Positions 54,524-64,000 of a stretch of DNA of 64,000 nt are shown in pieces; the first letter of the stretch is position 1; every line of letters starts with the position of its first letter. Location: positions 1,479 to 65,478 of the forward strand of contig JAFWFV010000054.1 of the NCBI GenBank assembly GCA_017515465.1, written 5' to 3'. The notes under the pieces are model-generated. The model saw only the letters and a list, made by a program, of their open reading frames with translations, was not told the origin of the DNA and made no database searches. This DNA is from Clostridiales bacterium. Its GTDB lineage: Bacteria > Bacillota > Clostridia > Saccharofermentanales > Saccharofermentanaceae. The position numbers and the translations under genes were made by a program.

Positions 54524-55252
54524 TTATTTGGTCTCGAACTTGTAGCCCTTGCTCCAAATGGTCCTGATAGCCCATGACTGGCTGCCGTCCGGCTTCTCGA
54601 TCTTCTCTCTGATCCTCTTGATATGGACGTCTACTGTCCTGGATTCGCCGTAGAACTCATATCCCCATACATTCTCCAGGAGCTGCTCTCTGGTGAATAC
54701 ACGGTCGGGATTGGATGCCAGGAAGAACAGGAGTTCCAGTTCCTTGGGAGGCATATAGATCTCTGCACCGTCAACGGTAACGACATATCTGGCCTTATCA
54801 ACGGTAAAACCGGGATAAGATACTATCTCACCTGTGGCTGAACCCTGCTGGGTCTGTTCTGCTGCAGGAGCCTTCTTGTCAGTCCTTCTGAGGACTGCCT
54901 TGACCCTGGCCAGGAGCTCCTTGGGCTCAAAGGGCTTGGGTACGTAATCGTCAGCACCCAGTTCGAGGCCGATGATCTTGTCGAGGGTGTCAGTTCTCGC
55001 CGTAAGCATGATGATCGGTACGTCTGAGACTTTTCTGATCTCACGGCAGATGTCATTGCCGTCCATGCCGGGAAGCATGAGGTCAAGGATAATGATATCC
55101 GGACCGAAAGTCTCAAAAGCAGCTACGGCCTTGTCACCCTGCATGCAGGTGGAAACCTGGTAGCCTTCCTTCTCGAAATACATCTTCTGTACTTCGATGA
55201 TGCTCTGATCGTCATCAACCAATAATACTTTCTTGGGCGCCATGTTGATCAC
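54524..55252 (-). CDS. OmpR/PhoB-family response regulator
   Basis: Receiver domain LLVDDDQSI...DLMLPGMDG, with a winged-helix C-terminus (VDVHIKRIREKI, GYKF). Confidence 0.9.
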   Translation of the reverse strand: MINMAPKKVLLVDDDQSIIEVQKMYFEKEGYQVSTCMQGDKAVAAFETFGPDIIILDLMLPGMDGNDICREIRKVSDVPIIMLTARTDTLDKIIGLELGADDYVPKPFEPKELLARVKAVLRRTDKKAPAAEQTQQGSATGEIVSYPGFTVDKARYVVTVDGAEIYMPPKELELLFFLASNPDRVFTREQLLENVWGYEFYGESRTVDVHIKRIREKIEKPDGSQSWAIRTIWSKGYKFETK

Positions 55253-55704
55253 TCCTCTTTATTGATATTCTGGACTTCGTGGGCAAATGAATTAGGATCA
55301 GTAAAATCCTTATAAACGGACGCAAACCTGACGTATGCAACCTTGTCGATCTTGATGAGCCTGTCCATAACGAACTCTCCGATCTCGGTGGTCGTTATCT
55401 CTCTGGAAGGTCTCGATGAGATCATGTTCTCGACTTCGTTGCAGATGTCGGTGAGGACCCTGTTGGATACGGGACGCTTGGAGCAGGAAGCATTAAGTCC
55501 TGCCAGGAGCTTGTCCCTGGAGAATTCCTGTCTCGTTCCGTCTTTCTTGATGACCTGGGGCTGGATACCCTCTATCCTCTCCAGAGTAGAGAAACGCTCG
55601 CCGCAGTTTTCACACTCGCGGCGGCGTCTGATAGCATTAATGCTGTCCGCATTCCTGGAATCTATTACCTTGCTGGCCTCCTGGCCACACTTGGGACATT
55701 TCAC
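55249..55704 (-). CDS. nrdR: transcriptional repressor NrdR
   Basis: MKCPKCG...ECENCGERFST zinc ribbon plus an ATP-cone, 151 aa. Confidence 0.9.
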   Translation of the reverse strand: MKCPKCGQEASKVIDSRNADSINAIRRRRECENCGERFSTLERIEGIQPQVIKKDGTRQEFSRDKLLAGLNASCSKRPVSNRVLTDICNEVENMISSRPSREITTTEIGEFVMDRLIKIDKVAYVRFASVYKDFTDPNSFAHEVQNINKEE

Positions 55705-55727
55705 TTAGGACACGCTGTTCTGTCCGG

Positions 55728-57140
55728 TCAGGACTCAGGATCTCTTCCGAACATGAACCAGGGCTTTGCAGATCTGCTGGGTCTCTCGCTCTGTTCAGGT
55801 GATACGTTTACCTGAGGTCTGCCACCCTGCTGTACAGGCTGGGGAGCGGGCTGGGAAACAGGCTGCTGGTAAGGAGGTACCTGTGTCTGAACGGGCTGCT
55901 GGGGAGCGATGGGCTCGGGTGCAGGTACGGGTTCTTCTACAGGGGCTACCACTACGGGTGCAGGCTGAGGCTTGACTACTGAATTAACGGAATCATCACC
56001 GAACAGGAATCCGGGTGCGGGTCTGGCGGGCTGTTCCTGGATCTGAGGCTGTGCAGACTTAACGGGAGCTGCTGACACGGGAGCTGCTGCGGGAGCGGGC
56101 TTGCTGTCAGAGATCAGGTTGGGATTGCTCCTGGACAGTACAGATGTGCTGGCTCTGTGACCTGCTGATGCGTTAACTGTATTATCGAATCCTGTTGCGA
56201 TAACAGTGATCATGATCTCGTCTTCGAGTGAAGAATCAACAACGGCACCGACGATGATGTCTGCCTCTGAAGATACCTCATCGCGGATAACGGAAGCTGC
56301 CTGATCGATCTCCTGCAGTCTCATGTTGCGTCCGCCTGTGAAGTTTACGATTACGCCGCTGGCGCCTTCGATAGTCGTATCGAGGAGAGGTGAACCGATG
56401 GCCTGCTTAACAGCTGCCTGAGCTCTGCCCTCACCGGAGGCACGGCCGATACCCATGTGGCATACGCCTGCCTTGGTCATTACTCTTCTGACGTCTGCGA
56501 GGTCGAGGTTGATGAGACCGGGGATGGCAACGAGGTCGGAGATACCGGCTACACCAAACTTCAATACCTGATCTGCCATATTGAAGGATTCCTCGATGGA
56601 TGTTCCTTCGTCAACTACTTCGAGGAGCTTGTCATTAGCTACGACGATGAGTGAATCTACATACTTTGCCAGTTCGCGGATACCGCGCTCTGCATTTGCT
56701 GCTCTCCTGGAACCCTCAAAACCGAAAGGCCTGGTTACTACTGCAACTGTGAGGATGCCCAGTTCCTGAGCGATCTGAGCAACTACGGGAGCTGCACCTG
56801 TACCGGTTCCGCCGCCCATACCTGCTGTGATGAAGAGCATGTCTGTGTTGTTGATAGCCTCTGCGATCTCATCCTTGGACTCCTCAGCAGCCTTCTCGCC
56901 AACGCTGGGATCAGCACCGCAGCCGAGGCCCCTGGTAACTTTCTGTCCGATCTGGATCTTAACTGCAGCTTTGCATCTTGCAAGTGCCTGATTGTCAGAG
57001 TTTACACTGATGAATTCAATACCCTGTACTCCGCTGTCAACCATTCTGTCAACGGCATTGCAGCCACCGCCGCCTACACCGATAACCTTGATAGTTGCAA
57101 AATTCTCCTCGTCTAATACAAAACCTCTTTTGTCAGACAT
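55728..57140 (-). CDS. ftsZ: cell division protein FtsZ with a long P/A/Q-rich linker
   Basis: IKVIGVGGGGCNAV and the tubulin signature GGGTGTGAAP. The C-terminal linker is about 130 aa. Confidence 0.95.
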   Translation of the reverse strand: MSDKRGFVLDEENFATIKVIGVGGGGCNAVDRMVDSGVQGIEFISVNSDNQALARCKAAVKIQIGQKVTRGLGCGADPSVGEKAAEESKDEIAEAINNTDMLFITAGMGGGTGTGAAPVVAQIAQELGILTVAVVTRPFGFEGSRRAANAERGIRELAKYVDSLIVVANDKLLEVVDEGTSIEESFNMADQVLKFGVAGISDLVAIPGLINLDLADVRRVMTKAGVCHMGIGRASGEGRAQAAVKQAIGSPLLDTTIEGASGVIVNFTGGRNMRLQEIDQAASVIRDEVSSEADIIVGAVVDSSLEDEIMITVIATGFDNTVNASAGHRASTSVLSRSNPNLISDSKPAPAAAPVSAAPVKSAQPQIQEQPARPAPGFLFGDDSVNSVVKPQPAPVVVAPVEEPVPAPEPIAPQQPVQTQVPPYQQPVSQPAPQPVQQGGRPQVNVSPEQSERPSRSAKPWFMFGRDPES

Positions 57141-57331
57141 GCCATCTTCCTCCGTCTATACAAATTAACGTGCACACATTAGATATAATACAGCAACATA
57201 CAGATTTTAACCCAAAGAGCCCCTCTCTTCAACAAAAATATGGATGCTATATGTCAATAATGTTAAATATACATAGTTTGATTGTATCATTATTCGTAAA
57301 AAATCAACAATATTTTTACATTCGGCAGATA

Positions 57332-58501
57332 TCACTGCTGAACGTCAGGCTCAGCGTCCGTGTTCTGTTCTGAGGTATCCTCTTCGATGACAAACTGTCT
57401 GTATACATATTCCTCGCCCGTCATGTCCAGTGAACCGCTGGGGAATCCATCGTTAAAGACCTTGGAATCAATGGCATAGAGGAGCCATGCTGTGTCGGTC
57501 GATATCTGCTCCAGGCTGTTGATCTTGACCTGCAGTGTGTGCTTGTTAGGCAGGATTATGGTCAGGAAGATGTAGCCGCTGGGCAATACCCTGACCTCCT
57601 TTGTATGCTCGAACAGTGAATACTCCTTGTTGGAGCTGTTGGTGTCAGCCGCCAGCAGTGCTCCCATCACGATAAGAGCCTTCTGGTAATCGCTGTAGTT
57701 GTCGATGATTATCTCCCTGCCTACTGCGGCATGGGTGATGTTCAGACCGCTTATGACGGGAGCCACGTTCCTGCCGTCTTCAAATGAATTCATCTCCAGG
57801 ACTATGCCGTTATCGTCAACTGATGCATATCCGTCAGGTGTCCTGACATTGGCGATCTTGCTCCTCTCATCCACCTTGATGGTGACCGTGGAGGGGATGC
57901 TGAAGGTTATCTTGCATCCTCTCACGTAGGCGGAGCTGTCTTCTATGGTCTTGGACGCTCCTATGTAATCGGCAAAGAACAGATGCTTGCCGTACTGGAT
58001 CCCGGACATGGAAATAACGTCCTCAGTCTTGAGGTAATAGTTGCCTTCCACGTTGATGGTCAGGATCTTAAATGCCGGCAGCGTAGCTATCAGCAGGATG
58101 ATGATTATCACGATCAGCCCCAGGAAGATCGCCAGCGTGCTCTTGGCACTGAGAGGGAATGTCTTGAAGAATTCCCTTTCCGCCTCGACTATGTCGTCCA
58201 GCTTATTTGTGTGGGCAGGCTCAAATTCCTCGTAGAAGTCCTCATCGTCCTCCCCGTAGTATTCCTCGTCCTCTTCCTGTTCCTGCTCTTCCTCTTCGTC
58301 ATCGTCCTCGAAGAGCTCGTCTAACTTCTCTTCGGTAACGACAAACACACCGCCGTTCCCGCCGGCAGTTTCTGATGAGCTTTCTTCAGGCTCTGATCCG
58401 GATCCTTCGTGATCAGCGGAAGATGGCTTATCCGACACCTCTTCCCCGTCCTGATCCCCGTCATCCATTCCGAAAAGATCATTGAGTTCTTCGTCGTCCA
58501 T
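57332..58501 (-). CDS. ftsQ: FtsQ/DivIB-type division protein with an acidic disordered N-terminus
   Basis: 389 aa. A single TM is followed by a POTRA-like segment (ILTINVEGNYYLKTEDVISMSGIQYGKHLF). Confidence 0.7.
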   Translation of the reverse strand: MDDEELNDLFGMDDGDQDGEEVSDKPSSADHEGSGSEPEESSSETAGGNGGVFVVTEEKLDELFEDDDEEEEQEQEEDEEYYGEDDEDFYEEFEPAHTNKLDDIVEAEREFFKTFPLSAKSTLAIFLGLIVIIIILLIATLPAFKILTINVEGNYYLKTEDVISMSGIQYGKHLFFADYIGASKTIEDSSAYVRGCKITFSIPSTVTIKVDERSKIANVRTPDGYASVDDNGIVLEMNSFEDGRNVAPVISGLNITHAAVGREIIIDNYSDYQKALIVMGALLAADTNSSNKEYSLFEHTKEVRVLPSGYIFLTIILPNKHTLQVKINSLEQISTDTAWLLYAIDSKVFNDGFPSGSLDMTGEEYVYRQFVIEEDTSEQNTDAEPDVQQ

Positions 58502-58514
58502 AGAAGCTATTTTA

Positions 58515-59627
58515 TCAATTTTTCGGAGTAATTGCTTTATTAATTGATTCAGCGATGATCCTGTTGGTGTCAGGCATGGAAAGAGCCTTGCTGCAGCGCC
58601 TCATTTCAGCCTGTCTGGCAGGATCTGAGAGGATGTCAGTAAGTACGGGCATGAGCTTTCCTGCCTTTACGTCGTCATCTGATACGACCTCACAGCCGCC
58701 ATGGTCCTTGATCTGCATGGCATTATATGTCTGATGGTCATGTGCGGCATGAGGATAGGGGACCAGTATCGCACATGCTCCCGTTGCGCATATCTCCGCA
58801 CACGTAACAGCTCCTGCTCTCAATATGCAGCAGTCAGCAGCAGAGAGATAGAGCCCGGGGTCGTCGATATATTCTCTGGCATCCAGGTTGGGGAACCTGT
58901 CAGACAGCCTCCTGAACTCCTCTGAATGCTGTTTTCCGCAGCTCAGAACGAATTTAACATTGTTACACTGCCCGTCATTTAAGGCTTTTTCGACAAATCC
59001 GGTCAGAGTGGCTGCTCCCAGGGATCCTCCCATTACAAACACCAGTCTGTCATCATCAGCAAGACCCAATTCCTGTCTGGAACGGTCCCTGTCAAAGGTA
59101 AACATGCGGCTCCTGACGGGATTTCCCGTATAGACTATCTCACCAGCCGATGAAAAGTACTTCTCGATATCGGGAAAGCCGGTCATGACCAGCACTGCCT
59201 TCTTGCCGAAGCGTCTGTTGGCTCTGCCGGGGAATGCATTTGCCTCGTGGAGCATTGTGGGGACCTTTGCCTTTTCAGCCTCCAGCAGCAATGGAACGGA
59301 AGAATAGCCGCCTGTGGTGATAACAGCCATGGGCTTAAATGATCTTATCAGTTCCCTGCATATCTTCCTGCCCTTGGGCATTGTCATTACGGCTCTGGCC
59401 AGCTTTGGCGAGGGTTTCATGGGGAAAGGCTCAGCAGGAACGTTATGGAACTCATAACCAGCCTTGGGGACGAGTTCCCCCTCCAGCTTGTCCTGACGGC
59501 CCGTGAATATGCATTTGCATGTATCTCCCCTGGATTCATAGAACTCTGTCAATGTATCGGCAATGGTTATTGCAGGATTGATGTGTCCGGATGTTCCGCC
59601 GCCGGTAATGATAAATCTGTATTCCAT
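58515..59627 (-). CDS. murG: UDP-N-acetylglucosamine--N-acetylmuramyl-(pentapeptide) pyrophosphoryl-undecaprenol GlcNAc transferase
   Basis: ITGGGTSGHINPAITIA N-terminal motif, 370 aa. Confidence 0.9.
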   Translation of the reverse strand: MEYRFIITGGGTSGHINPAITIADTLTEFYESRGDTCKCIFTGRQDKLEGELVPKAGYEFHNVPAEPFPMKPSPKLARAVMTMPKGRKICRELIRSFKPMAVITTGGYSSVPLLLEAEKAKVPTMLHEANAFPGRANRRFGKKAVLVMTGFPDIEKYFSSAGEIVYTGNPVRSRMFTFDRDRSRQELGLADDDRLVFVMGGSLGAATLTGFVEKALNDGQCNNVKFVLSCGKQHSEEFRRLSDRFPNLDAREYIDDPGLYLSAADCCILRAGAVTCAEICATGACAILVPYPHAAHDHQTYNAMQIKDHGGCEVVSDDDVKAGKLMPVLTDILSDPARQAEMRRCSKALSMPDTNRIIAESINKAITPKN

Positions 59628-60979
59628 CAGGCATTCACCTTCATGTCTTCAACTTCGTTTTCCTTTGTCTCGGAACCGAACCTGGAGCTGGCCAGTATGA
59701 GTCCGAAAGCAATGAGCAGAGCGATCTGGGCAGATCCGCCGTAACTGATAAAGGGCAGTGTAACGCCTGTGGAAGGCATGATCTGCAATTCTACCGCGAT
59801 GTTCATGAAAGCTTCAACGAACACTATCGCCGTGGATCCGGCAGCAACTACCCTGTAATAGACATTCCTCGTATTCCATATGACGGCCATGCACATGCCC
59901 AATATGACCATGTATATGATTATGAGGAACATTCCTCCCACGAATCCCGTCTCCTCCACGAATACGGAATAGATATAGTCGTTCTGGGCCTCGGAGATAT
60001 AGTTGAACTTCGATCTGGATTCACCCATGCCGACGCCCCAGAGTCCGCCTGATCCAAGTGCATAATGAGCATTGTCGATCTGTCTGGTATCGTCCTTGGT
60101 GAGGGTGGATTCCTCGTCTTCCTCATCCTGGTTAAAGATCGCGATCCTCTTGAAGACGTGACTGAAGTTGCCCATTACCTTTTCCTCGATCTTGGCAGCC
60201 TGTTCATCCGGCATTATCGCATAAGCTGATGCACCGAATACGATGCCGACGCCAAGGATTATCGCCATTCCCAGGATCCAGGACCTGTGGTTTATTCCTG
60301 ATGCCAGAGCGCAGATGAATACGATGGCCGCAATGATGAGCGCACAGGATCCGTGAGGTTCCATGAGTATGAAAAGGTCAACAACGACCGCTCCCATGAT
60401 GGGGATGATAAAGTCGAACATGGTATCCATCAACAGCTGTCCGCGCTTGGATTTTGCCTTGAGCTTTCCCGTCTGCCTGTAGTTCACTATGAACTGCCTG
60501 TATGCCGCAAAGCTGATTACCAGAAGGAACTTAACGAACTCAGAGGGCTGGAACTGGAAACCACCGATGATGAACCATCTTCTGGCACCGTTGTACTGCT
60601 GTCCGGCAATGAGGGTAACTGCCGCCAGTGCCAGCGCCATGCCGCCTGAGAGGAGGCATATCAGCAGATATCTCTTGAAGAAGAATCTGGGAATGTCGAT
60701 GAAATGAAGAGCGATAATGAATCCGAAGCCAATCGCCGTGAACCTGATCTGCTTCTTTACATAGAACAGTGAATCCTGCTGCTCAGCATAGCCGATGGGG
60801 CTGGATACTGAATAGAGGATAACAAGTCCCAGGCACACTATTACCACCAGCATGATCAGGAGCGGCAGGTTAGTCCTGTTTACATGCTTTTTGATGAACC
60901 TTCTCTCCTCACCGTGGGAAGCGTTCGTGCTGATCAGCTGTTCGATCTGTGCCTTGGACTGAAGTTCCGTCATGTTCAC
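59627..60979 (-). CDS. ftsW: SEDS-family peptidoglycan glycosyltransferase FtsW/SpoVE
   Basis: 450 aa with about 10 TM helices. SEDS motifs are present (QPSEFVKF, TGVTLPFISYGGSA). Confidence 0.85.
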   Translation of the reverse strand: MNMTELQSKAQIEQLISTNASHGEERRFIKKHVNRTNLPLLIMLVVIVCLGLVILYSVSSPIGYAEQQDSLFYVKKQIRFTAIGFGFIIALHFIDIPRFFFKRYLLICLLSGGMALALAAVTLIAGQQYNGARRWFIIGGFQFQPSEFVKFLLVISFAAYRQFIVNYRQTGKLKAKSKRGQLLMDTMFDFIIPIMGAVVVDLFILMEPHGSCALIIAAIVFICALASGINHRSWILGMAIILGVGIVFGASAYAIMPDEQAAKIEEKVMGNFSHVFKRIAIFNQDEEDEESTLTKDDTRQIDNAHYALGSGGLWGVGMGESRSKFNYISEAQNDYIYSVFVEETGFVGGMFLIIIYMVILGMCMAVIWNTRNVYYRVVAAGSTAIVFVEAFMNIAVELQIMPSTGVTLPFISYGGSAQIALLIAFGLILASSRFGSETKENEVEDMKVNA

Positions 60980-62424
60980 TCATCTCCCATGGCAGCGAAA
61001 TCCGCCGCCAGTTTCTCGAATCCGAATGAGTGTGATGCCTTGAACAAGAGGACATCTCCGTCCTTTACGTAGGACATCAGTTTCTGTCTCACCTCATCCG
61101 TATCGATACATTCGATTATATCTATCTTTTTATCGATCTGTCTGACTCCGTCTATGAAATCCTGTCTGTTGTCACCCGTAACGAAGAGGGCATCAACGCC
61201 GTATCCGCCCAGTGTCTTTCCGACCATCTTGTGAAGTGAAGAGGAGAAATCACCCAGCTCCAGCATGCCTCCCAATACGGCTATCTTCCTGCTGCCGGCT
61301 CCGATGACCTCCAGGTTGCCGAATGCGGCCTCCATGGATTCGGGAGAGGCATTATACGCATCGTCTATCACAGTATATTTCTTTGTGAACCTGACCTCGC
61401 CCCTGCCCTGTGTCTGCTTAAAGTCCTCAACGGCCTTTACCGCGTCATCCTTGGGGATCTTGAGAACCGCACCGCACATGAGGGCAAAGAGAGCATTCCT
61501 GACGTTGTGGATACCGTTCAGATGGCTGAGCCTGATCTTTTTGATGTGGAGCGTCTTGTCGATGAGCCTCAGCGTTGCATCGAATGTCACTCCGCCTGTC
61601 TTGTTGAATATGATGTTCTCGGCAAAGCACTCCAGTGCCAGTTCGGAATTCTGTCCGGAGCAGGATACGGATGCTACGAGATTATTGATGGGAACTATCT
61701 CATTTACGTGATCCACCAGGGTCTTGTCGTCGCCGTTAACGATGACCATTCCCGTATCGACCAGGCCTTCTATTATCTCGCACTTTGCATCCATGATGTT
61801 TTCCCTGCTTCCCAGTCTCTCGATGTGGGAATAGCCGATCTGCGTGATGATGGCGATATCGGGACATGCGATGTTCGTTAGATAGGATATCTCTCCCTTG
61901 AGCCTCATGCCCAGTTCCAGAACGAGTGTCTTTGTATCGGAAGGGGCAGACAGGATCGTCATGGGCATGCCGATCTCGTTGTTCTCGTTGAGCTTGGTGG
62001 AATAGCAGTTGCCTCCGCACTTCAGGACTTCATATACCATGTTCCTGGTGGATGTCTTGCCCACTGATCCGGTGACACAGACAGTCTTGCAGCCCAGCTT
62101 GAATCGGTAGTGCCTGGCGAGGAGTCCCAGAGCCTTTACGGAATCCTCAACAATGACGGATACAGTACCTTCGGGGATCTTTTCCCTGTTGTCAGCCAGG
62201 ACCGCAGCTGCGCCCTTGTCCAAGGCATCTGAGATGAAATCGTGACCGTCAAACCTCTCTCCTGCGATGGCAATATACAGGTTACCCTGTTCTATGGTCC
62301 TGGTATCCTTGGATACTCCGGCCACAATCAGTCTGGAATAGTGAACGCCTGAAACGCCGGGGGCATATATCTCGCCCTCTACGGCAGATGCGATCTCTTC
62401 CACTGTAAACTCACACCAACTCAT
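60976..62424 (-). CDS. murF: UDP-N-acetylmuramoyl-tripeptide--D-alanyl-D-alanine ligase
   Basis: VTGSVGKTSTRNM P-loop and the Mur ligase middle and C-terminal domains. There are 4-nt overlaps with both neighbours. Confidence 0.9.
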   Translation of the reverse strand: MSWCEFTVEEIASAVEGEIYAPGVSGVHYSRLIVAGVSKDTRTIEQGNLYIAIAGERFDGHDFISDALDKGAAAVLADNREKIPEGTVSVIVEDSVKALGLLARHYRFKLGCKTVCVTGSVGKTSTRNMVYEVLKCGGNCYSTKLNENNEIGMPMTILSAPSDTKTLVLELGMRLKGEISYLTNIACPDIAIITQIGYSHIERLGSRENIMDAKCEIIEGLVDTGMVIVNGDDKTLVDHVNEIVPINNLVASVSCSGQNSELALECFAENIIFNKTGGVTFDATLRLIDKTLHIKKIRLSHLNGIHNVRNALFALMCGAVLKIPKDDAVKAVEDFKQTQGRGEVRFTKKYTVIDDAYNASPESMEAAFGNLEVIGAGSRKIAVLGGMLELGDFSSSLHKMVGKTLGGYGVDALFVTGDNRQDFIDGVRQIDKKIDIIECIDTDEVRQKLMSYVKDGDVLLFKASHSFGFEKLAADFAAMGDE

Positions 62425-63959
62425 AGATCTGCAAATCCTCTCAACTTTTCTATTTCTGCTACGGCCTGTGCAGCTTTCTCATGGTCATCGAAATGATGCT
62501 TAACACCGTTTATCTCCTGATAGGTCTCATGACCCTTGCCTGCGATCAGCACGGTATCGCCTTCACGGGCTTCGGAGACAGCCTTGAATATGGCTTTGCT
62601 CCTGTCAGGCTCCACTTCATATAGACCGTTTGTATTATTTATGCTCATCAATATGTCGTTTATGATCGCCATGGGATCCTCGGTCCTGGGATTGTCTGAG
62701 GTGATGACAGTCAGATCGCTCATCTCTCCTGCGACCTTACCCATCTCAGTCCTTCTGGCGGAAGGTCTGTCACCTCCGCAGCCGAACAGGGTGATCACCC
62801 TGCCGGAAGTGAATTCCTTTGCCGTTTCAATGACATTGGAAAGAGCTTCCCCGTTATGGGCATAATCAACGAGTATGTTAAGTCCCAGTCTGTTATCCAC
62901 AGGTTCGAGCCTGCCCGGCACCCTGACGCCCGCAAGCGCTTTGATGGAAGTCTTAAGATCAAGTCCTTCCAGATAGGCGGCGGTGATGGCACAAAGAGCA
63001 TTATACACGTTAAACCTGCCCGGTATCGGTACAAAAACTTCCTCCGGATATGTCTCATGATTGATCACTATGTCAAATATCGTTCCGTTGATATTGTCTC
63101 TGCTTCCGAACCTGAGGTTCTTTGCCATGATGTCGGCATCATTATCGATGCCGTAATAAACTGTTCTTACGCCGCATTCATCAGCCCTGGCCCTGATCTC
63201 GTCTATGCGGGCTGAATCAGCATTGACCGCTGCCTTGTAGCAGTGATCGAATATCAGGAGCTTGCTGGCAAAATAGTCCTCCATATCAGGATGCTCTATC
63301 CCGCCTATGTGGTCACTGTAGAGATTCGTAAAACATCCGACCTCATACTTCATGCCGCATACGCGTTCAAGCTTTAAGCCCAGTGAGGATACCTCCATGA
63401 CGCAGCTGTCAAAACCTGATCTGGAAAGCCTCGAGAGGAATTCATACGTTACGGGGGCTTCGGGAGTGGTATGTACCGCTTCTTCCCTCTTGTCTCCTAT
63501 AAGGTTACATACGGTGCCCATGAGCCCGGTCTTGGATCCTGATGCGGAGAGTATGCTGTGAAGCATGAAAGCCGATGTGGTCTTGCCCTTTGTTCCAGTG
63601 ATCCCGTATAGCTTTATGGCCTGTTCGGGATGGTCGTACATGTTGGCTGAGATCTTTGCCATGCCGGTCCTGGTATCGTCTATGGCCAGGATCGTTACCT
63701 TGCCCTGCGACAGGGATACGAGTTCATCGTCAGATAAGACATCCTGCTTGTTGTCGCATACTACGACCGAAGCTCCCAGGGATATGGCTTTTTCTATGTA
63801 TCTGTGGCCGTCCGTTCCGCCGCCTATCACTGCGATGAACATGTCGCCAGATGTTACCTTTCTGGAATCCCATTTGATGCCTGCAAAGGATACATCCTCA
63901 TCTCCTGCGATGAGTCTGTGACCGATTCCTGACAAAGCCTCTTTCAGTATGAATTCCAT
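62421..63959 (-). CDS. murE: UDP-N-acetylmuramoyl-L-alanyl-D-glutamate--2,6-diaminopimelate ligase
   Basis: ITGTKGKTT P-loop, DYAHN, and the DNPR motif characteristic of meso-DAP-adding MurE. Confidence 0.9.
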   Translation of the reverse strand: MEFILKEALSGIGHRLIAGDEDVSFAGIKWDSRKVTSGDMFIAVIGGGTDGHRYIEKAISLGASVVVCDNKQDVLSDDELVSLSQGKVTILAIDDTRTGMAKISANMYDHPEQAIKLYGITGTKGKTTSAFMLHSILSASGSKTGLMGTVCNLIGDKREEAVHTTPEAPVTYEFLSRLSRSGFDSCVMEVSSLGLKLERVCGMKYEVGCFTNLYSDHIGGIEHPDMEDYFASKLLIFDHCYKAAVNADSARIDEIRARADECGVRTVYYGIDNDADIMAKNLRFGSRDNINGTIFDIVINHETYPEEVFVPIPGRFNVYNALCAITAAYLEGLDLKTSIKALAGVRVPGRLEPVDNRLGLNILVDYAHNGEALSNVIETAKEFTSGRVITLFGCGGDRPSARRTEMGKVAGEMSDLTVITSDNPRTEDPMAIINDILMSINNTNGLYEVEPDRSKAIFKAVSEAREGDTVLIAGKGHETYQEINGVKHHFDDHEKAAQAVAEIEKLRGFADL

Positions 63960-63963
63960 GGTA

Positions 63964-64000
63964 TCAGTTATTCTCCCCTTCTCCGGCCTCTTCCTGCTGT
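63964..64000 (-). CDS. 3' end of an upstream gene (by dcw synteny possibly a class B penicillin-binding protein)
   Basis: An open frame ends ...QQEEAGEGENN-stop (TGA at 63966-63964). Only 11 codons are visible, and the identity is inferred from position alone. Confidence 0.25.
   Translation of the reverse strand, partial: QQEEAGEGENN

Noticed and set aside
57141-57331. Hidden small ftsA-like or sepF-like gene in the ftsQ-ftsZ gap.
   Set aside because: The gap is 191 nt, AT-rich and has stops in all frames. It looks like a promoter region for ftsZ, with a GGAGGAAG Shine-Dalgarno at its end.
1-64000. Mobile genetic element, prophage or genomic island signatures.
   Set aside because: I recognised no integrase, transposase, recombinase, phage structural gene or tRNA attachment site. 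The only inverted-repeat-bounded element (21573-21727) is too small to encode anything and is treated as an RNA or MITE candidate.

Overview
This is a 64-kb chromosomal segment from a Firmicutes/Clostridia-type bacterium. The taxon call rests on lipobox lipoproteins, the ireB-ruvX-DUF1292 arrangement, a SpoVE/FtsW-type division cluster, and a MurE with the DNPR motif typical of meso-DAP-adding enzymes. About 60 genes are present, almost all on the minus strand. In minus-strand transcription order, reading from the right edge, the content is as follows. (1) The distal dcw cluster murE-murF-ftsW-murG-ftsQ, a gap, then ftsZ. (2) nrdR, an OmpR-type two-component system, nth, recG, rsmD and coaD. 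(3) A plus-strand island holding a PD-(D/E)XK nuclease-like gene and an MBOAT plus DHHW surface O-acylation pair. (4) An amino-acid ABC importer. (5) ireB-ruvX followed by two DUF1292 genes. (6) A CPBP protease and a 1023-aa membrane-anchored multidomain protein. (7) cdd and plsC. (8) A 1498-aa RND transporter with large insertions, then a GNAT, TM2 and DUF2752 genes. (9) carB without carA, a GGDEF cyclase and nudC. (10) A three-gene module of a stand-alone EF-Tu domain-II protein, a CPBP/Abi protease and a small Gly-Gly-leader-like proline-rich peptide, followed by a candidate structured RNA. (11) TetR-pepT-GH16. (12) prfC on the plus strand. (13) A long lipoprotein and sugar-ABC cluster: three paralogous lipoproteins ending in GLP, two giant SBP-like lipoproteins, a beta-helix-like lipoprotein, two CUT1 permeases, an HlyD-like adaptor and a truncated MacB-like protein. 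(14) malQ and the 5' part of glpK. I found no rRNA, tRNA, CRISPR array, transposase or integrase. The main non-coding signal is four unrelated intergenic arrays of tandemly repeated hairpin-forming units, at about 2.2, 18.5, 23.6 and 45.4 kb. There is also a conserved direct-repeat promoter architecture in front of both SBP-like paralogs. All functional calls come from motif recognition by eye, because no database search could be run.
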